Positions 1-9,706 of a stretch of 64,000 nt of DNA are shown piece by piece. Source of the DNA: an uncultured Nitrospiraceae bacterium. GTDB taxonomy: Bacteria; Nitrospirota; Nitrospiria; Nitrospirales; Nitrospiraceae. Position 1 is the first letter of the stretch; each line of letters starts with the position of its first letter. Both the position numbers and the translations under genes were made by a program. The notes beneath the pieces are model-generated. The model had not been told where the DNA came from. It did not search any database and worked only from the letters and a program-made list of their open reading frames with translations. The stretch is taken from the NCBI GenBank assembly GCA_963706325.1, contig CAVPLT010000001.1, forward strand, positions 192,001 to 256,000. Direction: 5' to 3'.

Positions 1-583
1 CTTGATAATTGACCAGGCAGCTTGCAAACAGGGCGACCTTTTTCCCAGCCAAAAATGGCTTGGTTGAAGCGCGCCGCATCCACCAACGTGCGAATGTTTC
101 CCGTTGATAGTGCAGCACCTGCCGATCCCGATGGACACCGACAGTGATTTCAAGAAGACTGCGGAACCATGTCTGTCGCAGCGCCCAATTGACGAACGGC
201 GCGACTGCACTGTTCACTTGTCCCAACAGATCGGTCTTGGTCAACAGCCGATCTCGCCATGTCGTCCCACGCTCCCCCGCCAGTCGTTTTTTCCACACCG
301 CCATCAGGAGAGGAAAGTCGATGCCGTATTGATGAGGCGGGGTATAGGGGCAATGGTTGAAGCAGAGTTTACAGTAGTAGCATTCGTCGACTATGCGATG
401 GTGATCCGCGGGCATGAGTTTGGTGACATCGCTCTCATACTCATCAATCCGATCCAGCAACGTATTGAAGGAGGGACAGAGGTTGAAGCAGCGGCGGCAG
501 CCGTCGCACACATCGTAGATGCGTAACGTTTCTTGTTCGAGGGTTGCCGGATTGATCGGTTCAAGCAGGCGCAATTCTGCCAC
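1..583 (-). CDS. Fe-S oxidoreductase (GlpC/heterodisulfide reductase-related, rubrerythrin-associated), 5' part, runs off the window
   Basis: Manual minus-strand translation from GTG at 583 (AAGGA upstream): VAELRLLEPINPATLEQETLRIYDVCDGCRRCFNLCPSF...VDECYYCKLCFNHCPYTPPH. Two CxxCxxCxxxCP 4Fe-4S motifs; directly downstream of rubrerythrin. Not in the ORF track because it is open at the window edge. Confidence 0.85.
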   Translation of the reverse strand, partial: MAELRLLEPINPATLEQETLRIYDVCDGCRRCFNLCPSFNTLLDRIDEYESDVTKLMPADHHRIVDECYYCKLCFNHCPYTPPHQYGIDFPLLMAVWKKRLAGERGTTWRDRLLTKTDLLGQVNSAVAPFVNWALRQTWFRSLLEITVGVHRDRQVLHYQRETFARWWMRRASTKPFLAGKKVALFASCLVNYQ

Positions 584-622
584 AGAAGAACATTCCTTAT
601 GCAGAGAGCGGAGGGAACTCGT

Positions 623-654
623 AAAAGGTGGGCCGGACGTACTTCCCGCCCACC
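623..654 (-). terminator. Probable intrinsic terminator or attenuator between rubrerythrin and the Fe-S oxidoreductase
   Basis: Minus strand GGTGGGCGGGAAGTACGTCCGGCCCACC hairpin followed by TTTT. Confidence 0.5.
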
Positions 655-678
655 TACTCGCGACTAAACGCCTGGGGA

Positions 679-1107
679 TTACAGTTGCTTCAGACTATCG
701 AGTCCCTTCGTAAACCGATTCGCATGGGATCGCTCGGCCTTTGCCAAGGTCTCAAACCATTCGGCGAGTTCAGAAAACCCTTCGTCCCTGGCTGTTTTGG
801 CCATTCCAGGATACATCTGCGTGTATTCGTAGGTTTCGCCCTCAATGGCAGACTTCAAATTGGCTTCCGTATTTCCTATTGGCACACCGGTCGCAGGATC
901 GCCGACTTCCTTCAGGAAATCCATGTGTCCAAAGGCATGGCCGGTTTCCGCCTCGGACGTGTCCCGGAACAATCCTCCGACATCCGGATACCCTTCGATA
1001 TCGGCTCGACGCGCAAAGTAGAGATATCGCCGATTCGCCTGCGACTCACCTGCAAATGCGTGCTTGAGATTTTCGTGACTCTTCGTGCCTTTTAAATTGT
1101 TCCCCAT
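679..1107 (-). CDS. rbr: Rubrerythrin (short form, no C-terminal rubredoxin domain)
   Basis: [31 protein letters not shown] and AERSHA diiron motifs; GGAGG RBS before MGNNLKG at 1107. Confidence 0.93.
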   Translation of the reverse strand: MGNNLKGTKSHENLKHAFAGESQANRRYLYFARRADIEGYPDVGGLFRDTSEAETGHAFGHMDFLKEVGDPATGVPIGNTEANLKSAIEGETYEYTQMYPGMAKTARDEGFSELAEWFETLAKAERSHANRFTKGLDSLKQL

Positions 1108-1134
1108 GCTGTCCTCCCTACGCACATTGACGAT

Positions 1135-1596
1135 TTAATGTTGTTGCCCACTACGTGATGGAACGTCGAGCTGGACCCGCTGACACCCTGCACAATATCC
1201 GTGGAATTCAACCCGATGGCCGAGAATACGGAATCCTCTTGCTTGGCCATTGCTCACGCCCAATTGATTCAATGCTTCATCCATGACATCTACGATCTGA
1301 CGGCAACCTAGACAAATCAGATGATGATGGACTGTCACATTCCCGTCGAACCGCGCCACGTCATGACCCAGATTCACTTCCTGCGCCAAACCAGCCTGCC
1401 GCAGAATGCCCAGGGTGTAATAGACCGTATTGCGTGACATGGTCGGATGCTGAGACTTCACCGTCTGATATAGATCATCGGCAGTGGGATGGCTGGCTGT
1501 TTGAACTAATGCCGTATAGATGGCCGCTCGCTGCCGAGTCAAACGAACAGCGTGCCGGCGGAAACGCGCGTGAATCTCCTCAAAGGTCAGTCTCAT
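1135..1596 (-). CDS. perR: Fur-family regulator, PerR-like
   Basis: RLTRQR, SHPTA, TVYYTL, RFD, HHHLICxxC, IVDV, GYCxxC; sits upstream of rubrerythrin. Confidence 0.85.
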   Translation of the reverse strand: MRLTFEEIHARFRRHAVRLTRQRAAIYTALVQTASHPTADDLYQTVKSQHPTMSRNTVYYTLGILRQAGLAQEVNLGHDVARFDGNVTVHHHLICLGCRQIVDVMDEALNQLGVSNGQARGFRILGHRVEFHGYCAGCQRVQLDVPSRSGQQH

Positions 1597-1607
1597 GCGT
1601 ACCCTAA

Positions 1608-1624
1608 GTAGGAATGATTCCTAC
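1608..1624. promoter_or_regulatory. Candidate PerR/Fur operator, perfect 8-1-8 inverted repeat GTAGGAAT-G-ATTCCTAC
   Basis: Perfect palindrome 11 nt upstream of the perR start codon, with an AATnATT core as in Fur/PerR boxes. Confidence 0.65.
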
Positions 1625-1829
1625 ATAGCACGGAGCGCCATGCCACAGCAAGGCAGGGACGCCTATAGAGGTGCTGAAGTCGGCCCATCATACGACAGGC
1701 TGGCGCCTGATGTGGGGAGATGCGATCGAAAAGGGACACTCGGTTTTGAGGTGACCATGCAACGTTTTCGGTGGCATTCAATACGCACTGCAGACCAACC
1801 TTAACAAGGCTTGGGATGAACTCGACCGA

Positions 1830-2387
1830 CTAAGGCCTGTTGTAATGAGGCAGTTCCGGCTGCATGTCTGCAAGACACTTGTAGGCTTGATCTTTGGCGG
1901 AGAGCAGCGGCGTCTTCACGGGCCAGGCGATGGCAAGGGCCGGATCATTCCAGAGGATGCCCCGCTCATCCGCCGGCGAATACACCTCGGTGCATTTATA
2001 GAGAAAACCCGCCTCATCACTGAGCACGCAAAAGCCATGGGCAAACCCAGGCGGAATATACAACTGCCGCATGTTGGTATCGGACAACTCAGCCCCGTAC
2101 CATTGTCCAAAGGTTGGTGACCCCTGCCGGATATCCACCGCGACATCATAGACGGAACCTTTGACGACCGTGACCAATTTCCCTTGGGGTTTCGCTAGCT
2201 GGTAGTGAAGCCCTCGTAGCGTCCCACGGATGGACCAGGAAAAATTGTCTTGCACAAACGCTTTACTGACACCAGCCGCGTCATACCGCGATTCGCGAAA
2301 GATCTCCACAAATTTCCCGCGCGCATCCCCGAACACATCAGGTTCAATCTGAAAGAGATCTTTCAACGGCGTCGGTGTTATCTGCAT
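1830..2387 (-). CDS. rmlC: dTDP-4-dehydrorhamnose 3,5-epimerase
   Basis: FGDARG, FVQDNFS, GTLRGLHYQ, QGKLV, VAVDIRQGSPTFGQW, GFAHGF motifs. Confidence 0.96.
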   Translation of the reverse strand: MQITPTPLKDLFQIEPDVFGDARGKFVEIFRESRYDAAGVSKAFVQDNFSWSIRGTLRGLHYQLAKPQGKLVTVVKGSVYDVAVDIRQGSPTFGQWYGAELSDTNMRQLYIPPGFAHGFCVLSDEAGFLYKCTEVYSPADERGILWNDPALAIAWPVKTPLLSAKDQAYKCLADMQPELPHYNRP

Positions 2388-2572
2388 GGCACCTCCTGCA
2401 TATCAAGTCGACGGCGAGCCTACTTTACCTTGTTCCATTCAAGCGTAGAGGCACGCTGCATGTCGCGCCGGCCATAACTCTCATCTAATAAGCTGCCCGA
2501 CACTCATCCCATCATCGACTCATCGCAGTCGTAAGACACAGACACGAACGCGCAACACCTTTAATGCAACGG

Positions 2573-2974
2573 CTAGTTTCGATCCGAGGGGTGAGAGGTC
2601 GGAGGCGGGTCAGGGTAAAACTTTTGTAGACGATCGATCAAAGGTTCAGCAGCGGGGCTGCTGGGTTGCGTGGGATCGCTGGGAGCATGGTCCCAAGTCA
2701 GGGCAAAGATTCCTGCCTCTGCGAAAAGTTGGCGAATCGTGGCGACTAGGGCCTCGAGAGTCAACTCCGTGCCGGATCGAAGGTCTAACACTCGTTCACC
2801 CGGGTTGCTCGGCGGCGGGTCAGTGCTGACCAATGCCCAACAGCTGTCGAACACTCTCCGTCGCAATTCTTCCGGGACATTCAATGTGGCCAAGTCGGAT
2901 GTGCAGAGCGCCGACACCAGCAGGACAAATTGTAAATCCGGCATCCCAGGATGCTGGATATTCAGGGATTGCAT
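2573..2974 (-). CDS. Hypothetical protein
   Basis: 133-aa ATG ORF with protein-like composition, divergent from the MoaD/ThiS gene. Confidence 0.65.
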   Translation of the reverse strand: MQSLNIQHPGMPDLQFVLLVSALCTSDLATLNVPEELRRRVFDSCWALVSTDPPPSNPGERVLDLRSGTELTLEALVATIRQLFAEAGIFALTWDHAPSDPTQPSSPAAEPLIDRLQKFYPDPPPTSHPSDRN

Positions 2975-3076
2975 AATGGTAATATTAATCGCGGGCGGCT
3001 GGGTGAGTCAATTTCCCCTGTCGCCTCTGATGGCATTCAAAAATTCAGGGCCGATGACTGAGAGGATCCACGCCAC

Positions 3077-3349
3077 ATGGTTACGATTACGCTAATGGGC
3101 CAGCTCCAAACGACTGATGGCGAGCGAGATCTGGCTTGCGAGGTCCCTGCCCCTCTCAGCGTACGACAGGTGATTCAACGACAGGGCCGAGGCCTTCGCC
3201 ACATGTTGCAACTCTTGCGGGAAAAGAAGGTGCTCGTCACCATCAACAAACGCATTGCTAGCGAGGATTCTCTCGTGCAAGACGGAGACGCCGTGCGCTT
3301 TGTGGGACATGATGGCGCAGGTGGAAGCGGACTGGCACCTTCCTTTTAA
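3077..3349 (+). CDS. MoaD/ThiS-family ubiquitin-like protein with a C-terminal extension
   Basis: Beta-grasp pattern (MVTITLMGQL...VLVTINKR...LVQDGDAVRFV), GAGG RBS; ends GAGGSGLAPSF. Confidence 0.75.
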   Translation: MVTITLMGQLQTTDGERDLACEVPAPLSVRQVIQRQGRGLRHMLQLLREKKVLVTINKRIASEDSLVQDGDAVRFVGHDGAGGSGLAPSF

Positions 3350-3407
3350 GCAATCGACCGCATGAATCCCGCTCGCTTCGGGGAGCTTAGCTTAGCATAA
3401 TGAAAGA

Positions 3408-3444
3408 GAAGGGCCGGTGCTCAACAGGCGAGCACCGGCCCTTC
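3408..3444 (-). terminator. Intrinsic terminator of the HU gene, possibly bidirectional
   Basis: 15-bp perfect stem GAAGGGCCGGTGCTC / GAGCACCGGCCCTTC with a 7-nt loop, T-rich tail on the minus strand, between convergent genes. Confidence 0.8.
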
Positions 3445-3467
3445 ACATGGCAGGGCAATGGGGCCGA

Positions 3468-3755
3468 CTATTTCTTTCCGAGGATCGAATCCTTGGCCAT
3501 TTTCGCGACGCGGAACTTCACCACTCGCTTCGCTGGAATCTTGATCGGCTCACCTGTCTGCGGGTTGCGGCCCATGCGCGCCTTCCGATTGGCAAGCACC
3601 AATTTCCCGATACCCGGCACGACGAAGGCGTTCTTCGCTTCTCGATAGGCGAGGGCAGCGAAATCGTCCAAAAATTGGACGGCTGTCTTTTTCGTAATCC
3701 CTGCCTTTCCAGCAAGATGGTCAGCAATCTGCGATTTCGTCATCGACTTGGCCAT
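3468..3755 (-). CDS. hup: HU-family DNA-binding protein
   Basis: MTKSQIA, PGIGKL, RKARMGRNPQTGEPIKIPAKRVVKFR. Confidence 0.95.
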   Translation of the reverse strand: MAKSMTKSQIADHLAGKAGITKKTAVQFLDDFAALAYREAKNAFVVPGIGKLVLANRKARMGRNPQTGEPIKIPAKRVVKFRVAKMAKDSILGKK

Positions 3756-3885
3756 GCGTTCCTCCCTTTGAACAACGAATGAGGTGAACTGAATTGTGCG
3801 GTCTGTGAGCTATGAACTCGTGCGTGCAGAGGTGGAGCCGGGAATCTGCGCCTGTCCTGCATAATCAGCCCGAAAACAGGGCGAG

Positions 3886-3914
3886 AGTGTATCCAAAGCC
3901 CTAGAGGCTGTCAA
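3886..3914 (-). promoter_or_regulatory. Sigma70-type promoter for HU
   Basis: Minus strand TTGACA-17 nt-TACACT. Confidence 0.7.
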
Positions 3915-4049
3915 GAGCTCCCGAACGGAAACACCGCGTAGAAAGAGGCTATCAGTGCGCCCATACTCTTGCGTGTCACGTAGGCCACGGGGTAGAGTAG
4001 GCTCAGGAGCAAGAATTCATCGCATCTTTGAGGAGCAATAGGCGGCGTC

Positions 4050-4607
4050 ATGGGTAAACAACTTCCAATTCTTCCCTCCGCTACACAGCCTGCCGAAGGC
4101 GCTGCGGCTGAAGCGGTAATCTACTCCAGAGTCTTCTGCAAAAACGAAAATGCCCCACCGCTGCGGCTCCTGGTGGATTTTCTGAAATCGCGAGGACAGC
4201 TGCCTATTCTCCCTCCAGACATGGATGACGCCCTATTGGATGAATGGGCGTGGGTTCAAATCATTTTAGGATACGCTCGAGAGCGGAAGCCGATTCATGT
4301 GTTTTGCGTCCGCGACCGTGGAAGCTATCAAGACCTGTTTGAAGAAGAACAGAAACTATTCCTCGAAAACCTGTCGTCCTATGACGATATTGAGGCCAGC
4401 TTGGCCCAGGAACATGTGACCCGTGCACGATTCATCCTCACGACGCGTATGATTGAGACAGACGTCACAGAGGAAGGCTACGACTTCAACGGGTGGATCC
4501 TGGAATTCTTTCAAGAACACTGTAACGGCATTGTGCAGATTGATCGCCAAGGGTTCTTCTCCCCAAAGGGAGAACTCATCGTGGATCTCTCGGTGCCCGA
4601 GGAATAG
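4050..4607 (+). CDS. Hypothetical protein (acidic)
   Basis: 185-aa ORF with GAGGAG upstream; coupled to the next gene. Confidence 0.75.
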   Translation: MGKQLPILPSATQPAEGAAAEAVIYSRVFCKNENAPPLRLLVDFLKSRGQLPILPPDMDDALLDEWAWVQIILGYARERKPIHVFCVRDRGSYQDLFEEEQKLFLENLSSYDDIEASLAQEHVTRARFILTTRMIETDVTEEGYDFNGWILEFFQEHCNGIVQIDRQGFFSPKGELIVDLSVPEE

Positions 4608-4611
4608 GCCC

Positions 4612-5235
4612 ATGGGGACCCAGGCGTCCTCCTCATCCTTGCCCTTACCTCTGTTTCAACAAGCTACGAACTGGTTTGAACGTGCCCAGGCCTCACTCCT
4701 AGGAGCAATTCCTTGCTGCCAAGGATGCAGTGCCTGCTGTATCGGCATGTTCCCCATCACCCTCCTGGATGCCCTTGAGTTGCAACGCGGCCTCGACACG
4801 TTACCAGCTCTGCAGCGGAATGCCATTGTCACACGCGCTCGCGCCCAAGTCTCGGCGCTTGAAGCGGCTTATCCGAACCTTCTATCACAACCCGCCTTGG
4901 ATGGTTGGGCTGACGACACCATTGACGATATAGTCGAACATTTCGCCGACGTGCCCTGTCCCGCTCTCGCGCCCGACGGAACGTGCGGCCTCTATGCATT
5001 CAGACCCATCACCTGCCGAACGATGGGAATCCCAATCGAATCGGATGGTATGGTGCAAGGGGCCTGCACCGTTCAGACGGCTGTGCCGATCGTTCATCTC
5101 TCACCAATCTTTCGAACCGAGATGGACCGGCTGGCGGAGCACGAAGCCATCGGCTTGTCCGTCTTGGGCCGAGATCAGCCGAACTCGGGTGATGAACTTC
5201 TCTTGCCATACGGGTTCTTACCAAAGTCAAAGTAA
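4612..5235 (+). CDS. YkgJ-family (CxxxCxxCC) cysteine-cluster protein
   Basis: PCCQGCSACC, PCPAL, CGLYAFRPITCR motifs; likely start at ATG 4612. Confidence 0.85.
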   Translation: MGTQASSSSLPLPLFQQATNWFERAQASLLGAIPCCQGCSACCIGMFPITLLDALELQRGLDTLPALQRNAIVTRARAQVSALEAAYPNLLSQPALDGWADDTIDDIVEHFADVPCPALAPDGTCGLYAFRPITCRTMGIPIESDGMVQGACTVQTAVPIVHLSPIFRTEMDRLAEHEAIGLSVLGRDQPNSGDELLLPYGFLPKSK

Positions 5236-5298
5236 CTCCCTAGACAGTTATAGAAACGCTATGCTAATGTGACGGGTCTGCGGGTCTGATTCGCGGGA

Positions 5299-5375
5299 GC
5301 GCCTGTAGCTCAGTTGGATAGAGCATCAGCCTCCGGAGCTGAGGGCCACAGGTTCAAATCCTGTCAGGCGCACCA
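5299..5375 (+). tRNA. tRNA-Arg (CCG)
   Basis: Cloverleaf GCGCCTG...CAGGCGCACCA; anticodon arm TCAGC-CTCCGGA-GCTGA; GGTTCAAATCC T-arm. Confidence 0.97.
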
Positions 5376-5421
5376 TTCGCTCCGTCAGGCACCTCCTGTT
5401 TCGACACATAGTGCACCGGTG

Positions 5422-5475
<54 letters not shown>

Positions 5476-5497
<22 letters not shown>

Positions 5498-5781
5498 TTT
5501 TCTCCCTCAATCTTCTCAATAACTTCTGATTTCTGCCTTCCTAATTCGGCTGCGATTTCTGCCGTTGGTGCCAACTTTTGGTGCCAACTTTTTTCGAAGT
5601 CAGGATCGAGCACATCCACATATCGCCGATTCCCGCTCGGAATCCACTTGGCATTGTGCTTTAGCGTGGTTGTCGGCTTCGCATGGTGAGCTGTTGACAG
5701 AGTAGACGAGAGGCATTCCCCAGAAATCAGCAACGACGCACAAGTATGCCGGAGGCGTAGGGTTTGAAATGCGGGAGCTCA
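5476..5781 (-). pseudogene. Decayed C-terminal fragment of a tyrosine recombinase (integrase)
   Basis: Across frameshifts it reads ELPHFKPY(D)LRHTCASLLIS..GMPLVY..QQL.HAKPTTTLKH(N)AKWIPSGNRRYVDVLD. This is box II LRH plus the H...T..Y segment with Tyr replaced by Asn (AAT at 5653-5655). The frame runs into the tRNA-Lys 3' end. Confidence 0.8.
5567..5592. repeat. Tandem 13-bp direct repeat GGTGCCAACTTTT x2 (possible integrase arm-type sites)
   Basis: Exact tandem copies at 5567-5579 and 5580-5592, about 70 nt from the tRNA-Lys 3' end. Confidence 0.6.
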
Positions 5782-6928
5782 CACACCTCCCATACTGTGA
5801 CAGAACGCGCTAATGCCGCCGGCGGAGGGTCGCTAACCGGGTGTTGACCGGCGCCAGTTTCTGACCGGCAGTGAACTTTGCTTTTTCAAGAGTCTGAATC
5901 GTTGGCTTCCTCATCATCCGCACCAGGCAACCGCTGTTAATAGGCAACGGTTAGCGAATAGTTCAATTCTTCGTCCCACATTCGTCCGTAGCTCGCGGAC
6001 GGCCGCTCGATCCACCTGTCAATGCTCAGAGTGTGGAAATGGCTGCATCTCCTCCCTCTGACCTGAAGACACCCTTTGACGTCTTCATTCCTCCCCACCA
6101 CATGATTCATAGCACCAACCCTTCTGGCCGCAATGGCCTTGTTTAACTGAACTTCGCTATACCGTTCGGCTATCTACACAGATGGGTAGTGGCAACCTTC
6201 TGCGCTCCAGTCACGGATTTTAATTTAGCGGCACAAACTTGGCACCAAGGGGCTATCCGTTGCAGCGAGATAAATGACGAAGATAACCACTGCCACAATG
6301 ACAAGCGAGAGCCACAGCATCGACGCGCCTCCAGAAAGGAACAGAGTTGAGAACCTGCCTTAAGAGACGTGTGAAGATGACCCGCCACCATTGATGATGC
6401 AAAGTGATGAAAGAAATAGCTGTCAGAGCGCAGGAATCATGCCCTTGTGTGGGGCACAGGATGGACGGCAACTACGTTGGCTTATCGGCTGGATCTACCT
6501 CATGGATCAATGGGTGTTCCCGCGACGCGGGGCCGCGCTTCGGGGAGTGGCCAGAGATGTGTCTGGGAAGACGTCAACGGACATTTCGGGTGGGATTAAG
6601 GTCCTGCCTAGATGATACGCTGACGAAACCACAGGGATAGATGTAATGCATAGCCGCGAGCACCTATCAGTGGTGCAGGCTGGTGCCAAGAACCATTGTC
6701 AACCGTGATCTAAGACAAGACCTGGCTAATCCATGTCTTGATTATTGGCTTCTGATTCACCATGATAGGTCAGCCTGGGTAGACTTCTTGTAAACGTGGC
6801 CGAACCTGCGAATAGGTGGGAATAAGGATCTTCTGCGCATCGTCGATGACAAGTTCCCCCCGATTCCCATTGCACGCCTCAACCTGCTTAAAGAGTTCTT
6901 CCATTCCATCATTTGAGGGCCGATTCGT

Positions 6929-7213
6929 ATGAACTGGACTCAAGACATGCCCACCCAAGAAAGCTGGAACTGGTTCCGAATAGACAATGAACAAAAGCGC
7001 ACCGTCATTGTCTACGTGATCAGCACAGATCGCATGATGGCCATGGCCACCAGCGTGAGATCGATCCAGCCGCTCAAAAGGAAGCCTGGTTTGGACCCCT
7101 CGAGCCGCCGCCATTCGAGGAACGCAAGTCGTAGCCGTGAGATGATCCTCCTACCATTCGGACGCATAAGTCATATCGACATCATAGGAGCGAGAGCATG
7201 TACAGTATCGTGA
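6929..7213 (+). CDS. Hypothetical protein, possibly degenerate
   Basis: N-terminus MNWTQDMPTQESWNWFR looks protein-like; the C-terminal half looks frameshifted or random. Confidence 0.35.
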   Translation: MNWTQDMPTQESWNWFRIDNEQKRTVIVYVISTDRMMAMATSVRSIQPLKRKPGLDPSSRRHSRNASRSREMILLPFGRISHIDIIGARACTVS

Positions 7214-7291
7214 TCTATTGGGCGGAGGTAGCTATGCCGGACCCCGGCGGCTGTTTGATTTGGCGACTGCTCCGTTCTAATGACATAGCGA

Positions 7292-7888
7292 GTGATGGTC
7301 GCGGCCTGGACCATGCCAGGTGAAGACGTGAACGAGGCCAATGGGGAGCCGCTTTACATCAGACATAAGGCGGACACCATCAAACTTCAGTTTTACAAAG
7401 CAGGGAACGGTGGCTCTCCCTTCGGCAGTATTATCGCGAGCCTTTTCTTGCTGACTTTTTGTGTCCTGCCGATATCGGGCTGCTCATACGGACGGTCTGG
7501 ATTGTCGGAACTTCGCAAGGAATCACAAACGCTTTCACAACAATCTGGAAATCGTGCGCTGTCGGCAGAAGGACGCTTACGAATCGCCCACGAACTTTTT
7601 GAACATAGACGGGCCTACGAAACCATTATCCACCATCCGTCTGCTTCGGTAAACGATCAGCATGAGGCTCGGACCCTCCAAAGGTCCGATGCCGATACAG
7701 CTGGGGCGGCCATGCAGGCGATCGCGGAAGAGCATTTGATCAATGGGGAAACGGACAAGGCACGTGCCATCTATTATTCCATCCTGACTCAGTTCGCGGA
7801 CGAGGAGTATGCCTCAACCCGAAACGGTGCGGAACGTCAGTTACAAGAACTCGATGACAAAGAGAAGCGTAAAAAAGCCCTCCGGTGA
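7292..7888 (+). CDS. Hypothetical helical (TPR-like) lipoprotein; start uncertain
   Basis: Hydrophobic stretch followed by lipobox-like ISGC; helical C-terminus AIAEEHLINGETDKARAIYYSILTQF. Confidence 0.55.
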   Translation: MMVAAWTMPGEDVNEANGEPLYIRHKADTIKLQFYKAGNGGSPFGSIIASLFLLTFCVLPISGCSYGRSGLSELRKESQTLSQQSGNRALSAEGRLRIAHELFEHRRAYETIIHHPSASVNDQHEARTLQRSDADTAGAAMQAIAEEHLINGETDKARAIYYSILTQFADEEYASTRNGAERQLQELDDKEKRKKALR

Positions 7889-8720
7889 CGTCCGGCCAGT
7901 TTCATAAAGACCTTGCCATCTTACAAATGTATGCCGAAACAAGGGGTGCGCACTTCATTCCGGTCTCCCACCTCGAAGAGCCTATCGCGTCTATAGAAGC
8001 CATTTCTCGCCTGGCAACGGGGGCCTCCCATTTTCAGCTGTACCCACCTAGCGCGGCATGAACAGTGAGGTGTTTAGCAGCTGCGCAAGCTATATAAGGC
8101 TGAGTATGTACTCGGCTTCAAAACGGAGGACCAGGGCAGTGACCCCAACGCCTCCATCGGACTAGTACACTGCCTGAGAGGTACCTTGCTCGCGCCAAGG
8201 CTGGTTCGAGATGAGAATATGACTCCGTGCGCATCCCCACTCCAGGCAAATAGAAGACCTCTTGCTGCCAGCGAGTATGAGCCGCGTAGCGTTGCCCTGA
8301 TCTTGACCCCGTTCCACCAGCGACGCCATACGCCGCCTTCCTTTATGATTATCACGTTTAATTTGTTCTGACGGCATGCCTGCACTCGCACATCGTCGGT
8401 GCTGAGCTGCAATCGTCGTCCAAACAATTTTCCTGCCCCAAAAAAATATATACAGCATCTGGAAAGTAAACATTCCCGAGACCCAAAAGCGTGCCTATAC
8501 TGACCTCGAAGACTGACACGTGCACCCTGTTCCAGTCTTTAAATGAGAGACCTGAACATTTGTTTTCTTTCTCGCTTAAAGAAACTTGTACTGATCATGC
8601 CCATCAGTCTGACGAACAGCATGGACGGACTTGTTGGATAGAGATGGCTATCTTCTTTTCACTCGCCTCCATCCAACGTTTTCTTTTAAAACGACACGCT
8701 TATTAGGCGAGGATTAATTT

Positions 8721-8921
8721 ATGAGTTGTTCCCGCTGCGGAGGGTGTCTCGCGATTGAGGCTTCAACCGATTTCTACAATAAAAAAGGACAATGGAGGTG
8801 TATTAACTGCGGGGCTCACAACCCCTTTCTTTCATCGGCTTCCGGTGAATTTGCACAAGAATCGCGGCGAACGATGTCCCCCGCAGTGGCTCAAAAAATG
8901 CCGCTCACGCATCCTTCTTAG
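8721..8921 (+). CDS. Small zinc-ribbon protein
   Basis: MSCSRCGG...WRCINCG, two CxxC pairs; GAGG upstream. Confidence 0.65.
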   Translation: MSCSRCGGCLAIEASTDFYNKKGQWRCINCGAHNPFLSSASGEFAQESRRTMSPAVAQKMPLTHPS

Positions 8922-9016
8922 CTGAGGGCTGAGGGAGGTGTTTGCAATGATCGACAACGGCAGGCTGTGCTTTCCCGTGCAGCGGAATCACCAATCCTAA
9001 CCGACTCATTACCGCG

Positions 9017-9145
9017 ATGTTTAAAAACATCCGTGTCCAGAAATGCTTAGTCCGCACGATGAGAACCGATCTGCCTGTCATTGTCAGCCTGGTCGTATCC
9101 GTCCTCATGCTGCTTCTCGCGCTTCTCAAAGCCAGCCTGCGCTGA
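9017..9145 (+). CDS. Putative 42-aa membrane peptide
   Basis: Manual translation MFKNIRVQKCLVRTMRTDLPVIVSLVVSVLMLLLALLKASLR; one hydrophobic helix; weak RBS. Confidence 0.35.
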   Translation: MFKNIRVQKCLVRTMRTDLPVIVSLVVSVLMLLLALLKASLR

Positions 9146-9323
9146 GATCGCCTGGCAATTCAGAAGCTGAGTCGTCACAATTTATCTAAATGGATGCATG
9201 CCTTATCTGATTAGATACACCGGGCTTATATTCAAGGCCACCATCGGCCCGACTCGAGTAGCTATAACCTCATTTCCCCACAGGCAAACAGCCTGCGCGA
9301 CCCTCAGTTTGTCGAATGCATTT

Positions 9324-9339
9324 TGGTACGCGAGTTGCT
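9324..9339 (+). promoter_or_regulatory. Sigma54 (-24/-12) promoter
   Basis: TGGTACGCGAGTTGCT: GG-N10-GC, one mismatch to TGGCACG-N4-TTGCW. Confidence 0.7.
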
Positions 9340-9406
9340 GTTGTATATGGGCATGCTGTCAGTAACTGAACCAGTACCGTTCCATCAGATATAAGGAGGG
9401 GACATC

Positions 9407-9484
9407 ATGTTTTTGACAATCGCGATAGTGGGAACCTATGTAGCAGGGATTTATCTTATTCGTCTGGTGTGGTGGCAGGAGTAA
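9407..9484 (+). CDS. 25-aa single-transmembrane small protein
   Basis: MFLTIAIVGTYVAGIYLIRLVWWQE; strong RBS TAAGGAGG at normal spacing; sigma54 promoter upstream. Confidence 0.65.
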   Translation: MFLTIAIVGTYVAGIYLIRLVWWQE

Positions 9485-9706
9485 TGTCCCATTGGCTGAC
9501 ATTGCCTAGCAACATAGAGAGGCGTCGTGATTGCTCGCGTGGATTGTGGTCCGGGAGCTTGCGCACTCCGTCGTCCCGCTGACCCTCTATTATCAGGATC
9601 GATGGCATGACCCAAAGAATGAGACCTAAACGAAGGATGCCCAGAAACGAACGAATTCCTTTCCCCATTGATGCTGACGACAGATAGGCAGACTGGGCAT
9701 ACCCTC

